Positions 12,201 to 24,963 of a DNA stretch of 64,000 nt are shown here, piece after piece; the stretch's first letter is position 1, and the number at the start of each line of letters is the position of its first letter. This DNA comes from Haliotis cracherodii (taxonomy: Eukaryota). The stretch spans positions 47,306,001-47,370,000 of the forward strand of contig NW_027266264.1 in NCBI RefSeq assembly GCF_022045235.1. Direction: 5' to 3'. The notes beneath the pieces are model-generated. The model did no database searches, was not told the DNA's origin, and saw only the letters and a list, made by a program, of their open reading frames with translations. Position numbers and translations under genes: made by a program.

Positions 12201-15200
12201 TTCTAGCAATATCACGGCGGGGGACACCAGGACATTTATGTAGTTAATCCATGAAATAGTACTCGGCACAAGTCAGAAAAACTCACACAACTCCCTCTAT
12301 GCATACGATATCCAGTAGCACCTATGTGATCAACTGTAGTCTTAGACTATGTAACACGCGATGGTCTTCAGCAACCCATGCTCGTCGTGAGAGACGACTG
12401 TCGGGATCGGGTGGTGAGGCTCGCTGACCTGGCTGATTCATGTCATCCTTACCCAATTGCGTAGATCGATGCTCATGATGTCTGGTCCAGATTGTCTGGT
12501 CCAGACTCATTATTTACAGACAGCCGCCATGTAGGTTGAATTTAGCGTCGTCAAACAAGGAACAAACAAATAAAACCTTGACTATGAAAAACGGAAAAAA
12601 AGTAACAAATGTTATATTTGGGATGACATTTAGTAATCCCATCCGGGATTAGGACTCACACTGCCAGAGTTTGACACCTAATCGCCAGCACACAAAGTCA
12701 GCGATCTAACCCACTCAGCAACCGAGGCTTCATAAAAATTAGAGTCCGACAACTCGAAGTCTAGATCACGTACTTTGTGTGCTGGCGATTAGGTGCCTAA
12801 CCCTGGCAGTGTGGGTTCGAATCCCAGATGGGACTTAACCGAGAATCTGTACTTTACTAAGAAAGTGTTTTCCCAAATACAACATTTGTTACATTTGATC
12901 ACTTTCTAAATGGCATTGTGTGTTCAGAGAAAATGTATCTCTGTGGCAGATTAGAAAAGTCTACTGTCTAATCAACTATACACCACCTTACATCCCTATC
13001 AATATATGCGATGTGTACATACGCTTACTGACATGAAGAGTAATGATAATCGTGTGCCTTCAGGAGGACGTCAGAGATCTCACACAGGAACACCTTCACA
13101 AGGTGGCAATTGTTTACGGTTCCAAATACTCGTTTGAAAACATATACGAAGTACCAAGTCTTCCCCCATTGGGTACACGAGTGGTGCGCGGCCCGGACTG
13201 GGTGTGGGGAAACCAGGACACTGAAGGAGCGGGGACTATCATTAACCACGGATTGGACGCACGTAAGGTTTCACTCAACTGTAAAAAGGAATCGCAGCAC
13301 TTGTGAATACCTTTGTAACAATCAGTGTTTATTTATCGCAACTGACTTACCATCTTGACTACCATTACGATATTTACCAAAAGTATATCGTGGGAATTAA
13401 TAAAAAATATTACATTCCTAAAAAAACAATGTTCGATAAAGAAAATCCCCTTTTGTTCACTTATTCTTCTCATCTCTGATGCTAAATGGTTTTCATTGTT
13501 ATACTTCTGTGATATTATTTCATGTTAGAGTACGTGTGGGTGTTCTGGGACAACGGCCATCTCAATGTGTACAGATTTGGTCAAAATGAGTGCTATGACG
13601 TCATTGGTGTTCATGACCAGCCACGTGTCCTGGACGGCAGCGAGAACGTTGACGTCGGATTGCAGGTCGAGAGAGGTAAGTGAGACTGAGACACAACGAG
13701 GATATATCACCATCACAAGATCATATAAGTATGTGCACGATATTCACCTAATCTAGATATAACTTTCTTATGTGTCGTTTAGCAGTAGGCTCTAAATGAC
13801 GACAATATGAGTTATATGACGATACATATGAGTTATATGGCCGTCGTGTATTCCTCTTTTCAACTAGGTCCGGACTGGCACATGACTTATGGCGACCAAG
13901 ACGGTGGCGCTGGTCGCACAGGGGTCATCATCCGAGTAAACCTTGATGGGAAAGTGATGGTAGGATGTTTCATCTTTCCACCATGTTTGTGTGTACTGTC
14001 TAGAATATTACAGTTGCGGAAATGCGTTAAAGAGGTATGTTAGTCAAGTAACTTCAAAATAAACGTCATCTTCCGTACATTTGAGTCACCATTATAAAGT
14101 TCCCATTTTCATTACCATTGCTCTTATGTGTTTTGTAGGTGCGGTGGCAGAATGGAAATATGAATGTCTACAGGTTCGGGGAAAACAACAGATTTGATTT
14201 ATCTATTCGGTGAGTGATCATGAACTGATACGAAATATGTCGCTCATCGCCCGCTTCACCTATTATTTGATAAAACAAAAAATCAGAACTCACCGTCTTT
14301 AATTTTCACGGGTAATGTAAGACACGGCAATTCGCGTCCTTTAGTTGTTCCAGCTGGTTCCACAATATTCGGCTTGAATGTGAACCTTGGTGAATCAGCT
14401 GATTGCCTGTGCTTTTGAGTCTCGGTTTGGAGCATGCAGATTACATGCAAGGATATCACTTAACAATTCCTGAAAGCGACTCGCACCAAATTCACGCACT
14501 CATTTATATTTCACAGAGATCCTGTCGCTTGTCTTCTGGAGTCAACAGCTAAACCAGATATAGAAAAACAAGTGACACATGAACAGTTACCCACCTCGGA
14601 ATCAGGTACGTCTGATAAATAACATGAACAGTTATCTAGAACTGGACTGGATACGTCTGATAAATAACATGGACAGTTACCTAGCACTGGACGTTGTACG
14701 TCTGGTAGATAACATGAACAGGTACCTAGAACTGGACCAGGAACGTCTGGTAGATAACATGGACAGTTTCCTGGGACTGGACTGGGTACGTTTTGTAGAT
14801 AACATGAACAGTTACCTAGAACTGAACAGTACGTCTATTATATAACATGGATAGTTATCTAGAACTGGACTGGATACGTCTGATAAATAACATGGACAGT
14901 TACCTAGCACTGGACTTTGTACGTCTGGTAGATAACATGAACAGTTTCCTGGGACTGGACCAGGTACATCTGGTAGATAACATGAACAGTTACCTAGCAC
15001 TGGACCAGATACATAAGGTAGATAACATGAACAGTTTCTTAGCACTTGACTAGGTACGTCTGGTAGATAACATGAACAGTTTCCTGGGACTGGACCAGGT
15101 ACGTCTGGTAGATAACATGAAGAGTTACCCAGCACTGGACCAGATACATACGGTAGATAACATGAACAGTTTCTTAGCAATGGACTGTGTACTTCTGGTA

Positions 15201-17246
15201 GATAACATGAACAGTTTCTTAGCAATGGACTGGGTACGTCTGGTAGATAACATGGACAGTTACCTAGCACTGGACTGGGTACGTCTGTTATATAACATGG
15301 ACAGTTACCTAGCATTGGACTAGGTACGTCTTTTAGATAACATGGACAGTTACCTAGCATTGGACTGGGTACGTCTGGTAGATAACATGGACAGTTTCCT
15401 GGGACTGGACTGGGTACGTTTTGTAGATAACATGAACAGTTACCTAGAACTGAACAGTACGTCTATTATATAACATGGACAGTTACCTGGCATTTGACTG
15501 GGTACGTCTGTTATATAACATGAACAGTTACCTAGAACTGGACTGGGTACGTCTGTTATATAACATGGACAGTTACCTAGCACTGGACCAGGTACGTCTG
15601 TTATATAATATGGACAGTTACCTAGAACTAGACTGGGTACGTCTGGTAGATAACATGGACAGCTACCTAGAACTGGACTTAGTACGTCTGGTAGATAACA
15701 TGGACCGTTACCTAGAACTGGACTGGGTACGTCTGGTAAATAACATGAACAGAATTCTAGCACTGGACTTGGTACGTCTGGTAGATAATATGAACAGTTT
15801 CCTGGGACTGGACCAGGTACGTCTGGTAGATAACATGAACAGTTACCTAGCACTGGACCAGATACATCAGGTAGATAACATGAACAGTTTCTTAGCAATG
15901 GCCTGGGTACGTCTGGTAGATAACATGGACAGTTACTTAGCACTGGACCAGGTACGTCTGGTAGATAGCATGGACAGTTACCAAGGACTGGACCAGGTAC
16001 GTCTGGTAGATAACATGAATAGTTTCCTAGAATTGGACTGGGTACGTCTGGTAGATAACATGAATAGTTGCCTAGCACTGGACCAGATACATCTGGTAGA
16101 TAACATGAACGGTTATCTAGAACTGGACTGGGTACGTCTGGTAGATAACATGAACAGTTACCTTGCTCTCGACCAGGTACGTTTGTTATATAACATGGAC
16201 AGTTACTTAGCACTGGACTAGGTACGTGGGTATAGATACGTTATATTAGCTTTGAGGCACACGATACACAAATGTCTACAAATGTAGAACTATGTTTTCG
16301 CTGAGTCGCACGCAAATAATTCTGATCAATTACTTTAGACGTACTGCAGAGATATTTATGTGTTGCCATATAACTTGTAGGACAACACATGGCTGGAGAG
16401 GCTGTGAGCTACCTATGGCAGAGGGAGGACAAGCTACAGGGATGGCAGAATTACTCCCCGTCCGACAGCGAAAAGATCACATCAGCCTACAAAAAACGCC
16501 CTGAAGGTTCTTGTTTGGTTCAGAGGAATGGTGAAAGGTGACATTTCTTGTCATTACTACGTTACTACTACGTTACTAAAATTGCAATCAGAGGAAGCTA
16601 ATCTGTAGTTTTACACTTTCCGTAGGAATGAATTATATTATCCGTCACAGTGGTATGCTGACAATGCCATATTGGGTTTATACTCTTGATATAAATGTTT
16701 ACACTTTCCTTTTCCACCCCCAGCTTCAGAGTTATGTTCAAGTCCATGCAAGAAAAATCAATTATAAACCAGTTAACCGTTCGAATCAGGAAATTGGCTA
16801 CAGGTAATGTTTTGAAACATAAACTTTAATAAGATTATTATGATTCGAAATACAATTATCAGTCTCGTGAATGGATATGTCCCTGTCATGTGAAAACGTT
16901 TATTAACGAAATTCATTTGACGATAAAAACATCCTTGTGTGACAGACTTTCTACTTATTATTACAACATGTTCTTGTTAAAGCTTACATTGCTCAAGGCA
17001 GATATATATATATATGCTCTGTAAACGTGGCACTAAGATATAAGTCATTAAGAACAATGTATTGCCGAGCAACAAATGATAGTGTTCAGGAAGAAGGATA
17101 CATTGTCGACTATGCAATACTTTCGCAGCAATATTAAAGCAAGCAAAGTCACAATGCAATTATCTAAGCAAGGATTCGGTTGAAATAATAATCAGGTTGT
17201 TTTGGCCTTATGTGTTTAATGGTTGTCATGTTTTCTTTCAGAATGA
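4633..17246 (+). CDS. Paralog A: N-terminal domain / coiled coil / VWA / 2x MIB-HERC2 / WWE protein (~1163 aa, 19 coding exons)
   Basis: Exons: 4633-4783, 5353-5761, 7005-8198, 8636-8775, 9302-9424, 9768-9890, 10061-10132, 10863-10984, 11086-11190, 11787-11876, 12012-12134, 13064-13262, 13529-13675, 13868-13959, 14139-14209, 14517-14605, 16381-16537, 16724-16803, 17242-17246. All introns are GT-AG except one GC-AG, phases are consistent, total 3492 nt. Motifs: VWA 'LDTVICIDTSDS...LIVITDG'; MIB/HERC2 'GTRVVRGPDWVWGNQD...VFWDNGHLNVYRFG..YDV' and 'VERGPDWHMTYGDQDGG...VRWQNGNMNVYRFG'; WWE 'YLWQREDKLQGWQNYS'. Confidence 0.88.
5755..6850. repeat. 20-bp minisatellite (~54 copies) whose unit contains a GTGAGT splice donor
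   Basis: Unit catgtgagtatacacccagg. The first unit overlaps the end of gene A coding exon 2 (5761/5762). Confidence 0.95.
8325..8545 (-). mobile_element. SINE-like repeat family 1
   Basis: Reverse-complement match to 34730-34965, including the tail 'ggaatattgctgagtgcggcgttaa'. Confidence 0.8.
9217..9300. repeat. (TAT)n / poly-T microsatellite at a 3' splice site
   Basis: A tattattat... run and a T-tract lie immediately before the acceptor of the first VWA exon (9302). Confidence 0.9.
10440..10655 (+). mobile_element. SINE-like repeat family 1
   Basis: Sequence 'acccgcgaggattcgggttagaattggtc...ggaatattgcggagtggggcgttaaacaacaaac' matches other copies in the window. Confidence 0.8.
12360..12572 (+). 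mobile_element. SINE-like repeat family 1
   Basis: Same core and (aaac)n tail as the other copies. Confidence 0.75.
12602..12927. mobile_element. foldback element with tRNA-like core (copy 2)
   Basis: Inverted halves: 'cacctaatcgccagcacacaaag' vs 'ctttgtgtgctggcgattaggtg', and 'gtaacaaatgttatatttggga' vs 'tcccaaatacaacatttgttac'. Homologous to 2634-2882. Confidence 0.75.
14576..16228. repeat. 45-bp minisatellite (~36 copies) derived from an exon/intron junction of gene A
   Basis: Unit acatgaacagttacctagaactggactgggtacgtctggtagata. The first unit is the end of exon 14517-14605 plus its donor (cag|gtacgt). Confidence 0.95.
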
Positions 17247-18696
17247 GGCGATGAGATCAGTGTGATGATTTCGCAGTACGCCAACATCAGTTATTTCATT
17301 TAATCATTTCATGTGCTTAACACAAGCTTAAATTCAATGATACATTGGCCTGTTCCTCATCAAACCTAGATACAGGATAGCCTTCATACAGCTGTCGCAA
17401 CAACAGCGACATTCGTGTTCTTGGGCGTTTGAAAAATGCATGTTCTATATTAAAATAGTAATATGAAATATATTTGTTGACGCCAAACATATGCGTACAA
17501 ACCACTGATTTACGTATACACGTAAATGTGATTGACTACGTTAATAAATGTACGTGTAAATGTATTGATATACACACAAACCCTGATGGTCAAGGTTAGT
17601 TACGATCATGTTACAGGATGGCAAGTATTGAGAAGGCGCTCTTAGATCAACTGGCTTGATCCTGTACACAGATACTGCTGCATATTTCTATTTGAATCTG
17701 ACCACATTAACAGTATAGTTCATGAACCGACATGCTTTAATATGGGTGTATTTCTTTCTCTTTTAAAGTATTTGTTACAGTTTTTTCTCAGCTTAGCAAC
17801 AACAGGATCTTGTTTACCAGGAATATAATAGATTTGCATGCATTTTCAAAAATTGATTATATTGTAGATATAGATTTGTTAGGCTTTTTGTATCATCACA
17901 TGATTTATCACTTAATAATGGTTTTCTCGAGTTTTCCTTATTTTAAATAAACAAGCTTATATGATTTCTCAATATATGCGTGAAATAAAGATGACATATT
18001 TCAAATGTAAGTGTTGTTTATATGTATTAATTTAAAAAGTGAACACTTGCTTGGAAAGCAACGATTTGTAGTCAGGAATTTCAATCTGCAATCTCTCGGA
18101 GAATTCTTTGTGATTTAGATGTGTCTTCAATCAGAACGTCCCGGCTCGCTGAGTACAGACTATATCGAAGCAACCTCTCTGTTACTGTCGCTGTTTATAA
18201 AGAAGTAATGATATAGTCAAAACAACAATCCCAATCGTTATCTGATTTGTGGTTTTCCTGCTCAGATATGTCAAAGAATATATTGTCCCCGAAAATTATT
18301 GAAAAAATAATAAACTTGTCTGCCACAAAAATTACATTGCTGTTAGGTGTTTTTTATTTTTACAATATCAGGCTCATCAAAACATTATCTGGTTTTGTAT
18401 CTACAGCTTAAAAAATATCTAATCTCGAAACAAAATCCAAATACACCCACACACTCCAGAATATCAAATGGTCGGTCCTTTAGCGAGGACGAGGCTCTGC
18501 GAATTGGTAAGACAGAGAAACAACATTTTACCCATCTTCTCATTCAGGTTTGTGTGTTTAATTTATTTTACCAATTAGGCATTATCTCAATTCCCCTTAA
18601 AACCACAACATCTAGACCTACTCTGACAATAAGCAGCCGGGTGTGGAGGTCCCGAGTAGTATCACAATCGTTCATGCAGTGGATGTAATCGAGGGA

Positions 18697-18822
18697 CTGA
18701 GTGAGGTGGGTTTTACGCCGCTTTTAGCAATACCACCAGACACTAGAAGTGGGCTTCAAACAAACTGTCGTGGAGAATAGAACGATTGAAGGATTTAACC
18801 AATAGGCTACACCCACCGCCCC
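18697..18822 (-). mobile_element. tRNA-derived SINE (family 2), internally deleted
   Basis: Reverse complement shows head ggggcggtgggtgtagcctattggttaaa and tail gctaaaagcggcgtaaaa. Confidence 0.7.
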
Positions 18823-19669
18823 TAGTCATCATAAACACTAGCTATAGGGACGATTAGCAATGAAGCGGGAACTATTAGAATCCACATCCATATTATCAGC
18901 ACCGCCCCTAGTCATCATGAACACTAGCTATAGGGACGATTAGCAATGAATCAGGAACTATTAGAATCCACATCCATATTATTAGCACCGCCCCTAGTCA
19001 TCATGAACACTAGCTATAGGGACGAGTAACAATGAATCAAGAACTATTAGAATCCACATCCATATCATCAGCACCGCCCCTAGTCATCATGAACACTAGC
19101 TATAGGGACGAGTAACAATGAATCAGGAACTATTAGAATCCACATCCATATCATCAGCACCGCCCCTAGTCATAATGAACACTAGCTATAGGACGAGTAA
19201 CAATGAATCAGGAACTATTAGAATCTACATCCATATAATCAGCACCGTCCCTAGTCATCATGAACACTAGCTATAGGACGAGTAACAATGAATCAGGAAC
19301 TATTAGAATCCACATCCATATTATCAGCACCGCCCCTAGTCATCATGAACACTAGCTATAGGGACGAGTAACAATGAATCATGAACTGTTAGAATCTACA
19401 TCCATATTATCAGCACCGCCCCTAGTCATCATGAACACTAGTTATAGGACGAGTAACAATGAATCAGGAACTGTTAGAATCCACATCCATATTAACAGCA
19501 CCGCCCCTAGTCATCATGACACTAGCTATAGGACGAGTAACAATGAATCAGGAACTATTAGAATCCACATCCATATTATCAGCACCGCCCCTAGTCATCA
19601 TGAACACTAGCTATAGGACGAGTAACAATGAATCAGGAACTATTAGAATCCACATCCATATTAACAGCA
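18814..19669. repeat. 85-86-bp tandem repeat, ~10 copies
   Basis: Unit caccgcccctagtcatcatgaacactagctatagggacgagtaacaatgaatcaggaactattagaatccacatccatattatcag. Confidence 0.95.
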
Positions 19670-21144
19670 AGTTTAAAACAAATCTAATACATATATTCAA
19701 ACAATAAATATGTTGTCTTTACAACAGATTAAAGAAATGTGTGGTATGTATACTTTACAGATCGGGTACCGCTTGTCAGTTGAGACATGACATTGTGGTT
19801 TATATTTAGTTTAGGTGTAAAAGTGTAAACTTTCCACCGTTAAGAGGTTCTAGTATCTACGTTGTATCTTATAGTTAATTAAGGGTGGGTGATATTGGCG
19901 GTGTTATTTGAAATACGAACTGTAAGTTGGGCATCTAGGTGGACAGCACAATCATGTCATTTATCAAAGTGACACGTATAGCAGTTTTCATTGAAAACAC
20001 AGTGAAACCCCCAACTTCTTCGCCCCATGCTTTTTTTATCTGCCAGTCTTCTCCTGTCGAGTGCTTTATCTCCAATACACTTTTTCAAGGAACCATCTCA
20101 CCTGAATATGTACCTACTGAAACTCACAACTACCACACTGTATCAGAACATTAGTTTGTTTGTTTGGCAGTGCGTTGGATACAAATACTTGAAATAAACT
20201 TTTTTATGTCTGCTAACTGAATTTGTATTTTTTACTATATCGATTTAGCAGTTAATGAGTATCCCATTTACACACAGAATACTAAGCACAAGTTCAAGAC
20301 TAGGACTGGAATGAACAACAGTGCTAGTCCGTGCAGATGGAACAAAACACTTCTTATACATTATTGCATAGGTACATTACAGTTGAAAGAGAGAGTCTCT
20401 TCTTGCTTAATAAAGCAGGAGAAGCCACTACCAGCACAGGGTATTTTAGAAGCTGGAGTGTGAATATCTCCTAACCTCTGAACTCCTGGATATGACAAAT
20501 GAAACGGCTGATTCCTTATGTCACACTGACACTGATTACAATAGCATAGCCCTCGTCTAGCTCATACAAGGAAATTGAAACGTTGCCAGATGAACACGAG
20601 TGATGCCATGTCACAGCTATTTTTAGCAAGTGTGGGAAAACCGGATCGATGACAAGCCATGTCTTGCACAGCTTCAGGACTACAGTGCATTGCAAGTGTG
20701 AGTATTGTTATTTCCTAGTCTATGCTTTCCAGAATTTCGATAGGCGAATCTCAAAGTATATACAAAATAGATGAGTTATTTAAAACTATAATACATAGAC
20801 ATAACATAGACTTAACATGCAGTCGAAATTGCTATACAGATATATATATCTATCATGCAAATGAGGGGTGTTCTCGCGTATCGGTATGGGAGATAACTCC
20901 GTCTATCCTATCATATCTGTTCGTTCGGTGTCTGAGAAGGAAAGTCCCACTGTTTGTTTTCAGTTTGAATAACTAAAGTTTTCTATATGCTGAGGACATC
21001 ATTCAAGTATAAATTATAGTTCAAGTAAAATAATATTTGCCACTTCCTTTTGTATTTTTGTTTCCGATTGTTACTGCACATTGTGAGGTTGAAAATTTCA
21101 ATTTTTATTTTAATTTCGTAAACGTTTTCCATAGGATTTTATGC

Positions 21145-24100
21145 CGTGATAATATCACATCCCTTCTAACAAAACGCTTTCCATGCTGTGATTACATGGT
21201 GTGATAATATCACATTCCTTCTATCTAAACGCTTTCCATGCTGTGATAATATCACATTCCTTCTATCAAAACGCTTGCCATGCAATGATTACATTGGTGT
21301 GATAATATCACATCACTTCTATCTAAACGCTTTCCATGCTGTGATAATATCACATTCCTTCTATCTAAACTCTTTCCATGCTGTGATAATATCACATCAC
21401 TTCTATCTAAACGCTTTCCATGCTGTGATAATATCACATTCCTTCTATCGAAACGCTTACCATTAAAATGACTACATGGCGTGATAATATCACATCCCTT
21501 CTATCTAAACGCTTTCCATGCAATGATTACATGGCGTGATGATATCACATCCCTTCTATCGAAACACTTTCCATGCAATGATTACATGGTGTGATAATAT
21601 CACATCCCTTCTATCTAAACGCTTTCCATGCAATGATTACATGGCGTGATAATATCACATCCCTTCTATCTAAGCGCTTTCCATGCAATGATTACATGGG
21701 TGATAATATCACATCCCTTCTATCTAAACGCGTTCCATGCAATGATTACATTGTTTGATAATATCACATTCCTTCTATCTAAATACTTTCCATGTTGTGA
21801 TAATGTCACATCCCTTCTATCTAAACGCTTTCGAAGCAATAATTACATGGGTGATAATATCACATTCATTCTATCTGAACACTTTCCATGCTATGATAAT
21901 ATCACATCCCTTCAAACAAAAAGCTTTCCCTGCAATGATTACATGGTGTGATAATATCACATTTATTCTATCCGAACACTTTCCATGCTATGATAATATC
22001 ACATCCCTTCTAACAAAACGTTTTCCATGCAATGATTATATTGGTGATAATATCACATTCATTTTATCTGAGGACTTTCCATGCTATGATCATATCACAT
22101 CCCTTCTAACAAAACGCTTTCCATGCAATGATTACATTGTGTGATAATATCACATTCATTCTATCTGAGCACTTTCCATGCTGTGATGATATCACATTCT
22201 TTCTATCTAAACACTTTCCATGCTATGATAATTTCACATCCCTTCAAACAAAACGCTTTCCATGCAATGATTACATTGTATGATAATATCACATTCATTC
22301 TATCTGAGCACTTTCCATGCTGTGATAATATCACATCCCTTCTAACAAAACGCTTTCCATGCAATGATTACATTGTGTGATAATATCACATTCATTCTAT
22401 CTGAACACTTTCCCTGCTGTGATAATATCACATCCCTTCAGACAAAACGCTTTCCATGCAATGATTACATTGTGTGATAATATCACATTCCTTCTATCTG
22501 AGCACTTTCCATGCTGTGATAATATCAAATTCCTTCTATCAAAACGCTTTCCATGCAATGATTACATTGTGTGATAATATCACATTCCTTCTATCAAAAC
22601 GCTTTCGATGCTGTGACATCACATTCCTTCTATCAAAACGCTTTCCATGCAATGTTTAAATGATGTGATAATATCACATCCCTTCCATCTAAACGCTTTC
22701 CATGTTGTTATTACATGGTGTGATAATATCACATTCCTTCTATCTAAACACTTTCCATGCTGTGATGATATCATATCCCTTCTATCTAAACGCTTTCCAT
22801 GTTGTGATTACATGGTGTGAAAATATCACATTCCTTCTATTGAAACGCTTTCCATTAAATGACTACATGGGTGATAATATCACATCCCTTCTATCTGAAC
22901 ACTTTCCATGCAATGATTACATGGTGTGATAATATCACATTTCTTCTATCTAAACACTTTCCATGCTGAGATAATATCACATCCCTTCTATTTAAACGCT
23001 TTTCATTCAATGATTACAGTTTGTGATAAAATCACGTTCCTTCTATCTGAACACTTTCCATGTTGTGATAATATCACATCCCTTCTATCTAAACGCTTTC
23101 CATGCAACGATTACATTGTGTGATTATGTCACATTCATTCTATCTAAACACTTTCCATGTTGTGATAATGTCACATCCCTTCTATCTAAACGCTTTCCAT
23201 GCAATGATTACATTGTGTGATAATATCAGATTCATTCTATCTAAACACTTTCCATGTTGTGATAATATCACATTCATTCTATCTGAACACTTTCCATGCT
23301 ATGACAATAGCACATCCCTTCTAACAAAACGCTTTCCACGCAATGATTACATTGTGTGATAATATCACATTTATTCTATCTGAGGACTTTCCATGCTGTG
23401 ATAATATCACATTCTTTGTATCTAAACACTTTTCATGCAATGATTACATGTGTGACAATATCACATTCCTTCTATTTAAACTCTTTCAGTGCAATGTTTA
23501 CAGGATGTGATAATATCACATTCCTTCTATCAAAACATTTTCCATGCTGTGATAATATCACATTCCTTCTATCAAAACGCTTTCGATGCTGTGACATCAC
23601 ATTCCTTCTATCAAAACGCTTTCCATGCAATGTTTAAATGATGTGATACTATCACATCCCTTCCATCTAAACGCTTTCCATGTTGTGATTACATGGTATG
23701 ATAACATCACATTCCTTCTATCTAAACACTTTCCATGATGTGATAATATCACATCCCTTCAATCCGAACGCTTTCCATGTAATGATTACATGGTGTGATA
23801 ATATCACATTCCTTCTACTGAAACGCTTTCCATTAAATGACTACATGGCGTGATAATATCACATCCCTTCTATCTGAACACTTTCCATGCAATGATTACA
23901 TGGCGTGATAATATCACATCCCTTCTATCGAAACGCTTTCCATGCAATGATTACATGGGTGATAATATCAGATCCCTTCCAGCTAAACGCTTTCCATGCT
24001 GTGATTACATGGTGTGATAATATCACATTTCTTCTATCTAAACACTTTCCATGCTGAGATAATATCACATCCCTTCTATTTAAACGCTTTTCATTCAATG

Positions 24101-24640
24101 ATTACAGTTTGTGATAAAATCACGTTCCTTCTATCTAAACACTTTCCATGTTGTGATAATATCACATCCCTTCTATCTAAACGCTTTCCATGCAATGATT
24201 ACATTGTGTGATAATATCACATTCATTCTATCTGAGCACTTTCCATGCTGTGATAATATCACATTCTTTCTATCTAAGCACTTTCCATGCTATGATCATA
24301 TCACATCCCTTCTAACAAAACGCTTTCCATGCAATGATTACATTGTGTGATAATATCACATTCATTCTATCTGAGGACTTTCCATGCTGTGATAATATCA
24401 CATCCCTTCTAACAAAACGCTTTCCATGCAATGATTACATGAGTGATAATATCACATCCCTTCCATCTAAGGGCTTTCCATGCTGTGATAATACCACATC
24501 CCTTCTATCTAAACGCGTTCCAAGCTGTGATTACATTGTGTGATAATATCACATCCCTTCCATCTAAACGCTTTCCATGTTGTGATTACATGGTGTGATA
24601 ATATCACATTCCTTCTATCAAAACGCTTTCCATGCAATGT
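21145..24640. repeat. ~3.5-kb composite satellite of interspersed 42-bp and 55-bp units
   Basis: Core gtgataatatcacattccttctatctaaacgctttccatgc, with or without aatgattacatggt. It accounts for all the 'IISHSFYLNAFHA' ORFs. Confidence 0.95.
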
Positions 24641-24740
24641 GTATATATGTGTTGGGAGCAGATGGGCCTTTTCGTGCTTATCGACATCAAATACTAATGA
24701 ATTTAAACTGTCAGTCTCCGTCTAATATCTATAATGTACC

Positions 24741-24890
24741 GGGGCGGTCGGGTAACCTAGTGGTTCGTCACGCCGAAGACCCTGGTTCGATACCTGACAT
24801 GGGTACAATGTGCGAACCCCATTTCTGGTGCCCCTCGCCGTGATATTGCTGGAATATTGCTAAAAGCGGCGTAAAACCATACTCACTCAC
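24741..24890 (+). mobile_element. tRNA-derived SINE (family 2)
   Basis: A-box-like 'aacctagtgg', B-box-like 'ggttcgatacc', tail 'ggaatattgctaaaagcggcgtaaaaccatactcactcac', and an imperfect flanking direct repeat tataat(g/a)tacc. Confidence 0.85.
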
Positions 24891-24963
24891 TTTATAATAT
24901 ACCTTCCAATCTTTGAACCTGTCGTGAGTGAAACATGCTTATTCCATTTTCAGTAAGAATACC

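Noticed and set aside
14579-16221. Leucine-rich-repeat-like ORFs (LVDNMNSYLELD...) and Cys/Pro-rich antisense ORFs
   Set aside because: They are translations of the intronic 45-bp minisatellite, are not in the reading frame of the flanking exon, and contain scattered stops.
21145-24640. CRISPR-like array (palindromic repeat with variable spacing)
   Set aside because: The intervening sequences are themselves repeated rather than unique spacers, there are no cas genes, and the context is eukaryotic.
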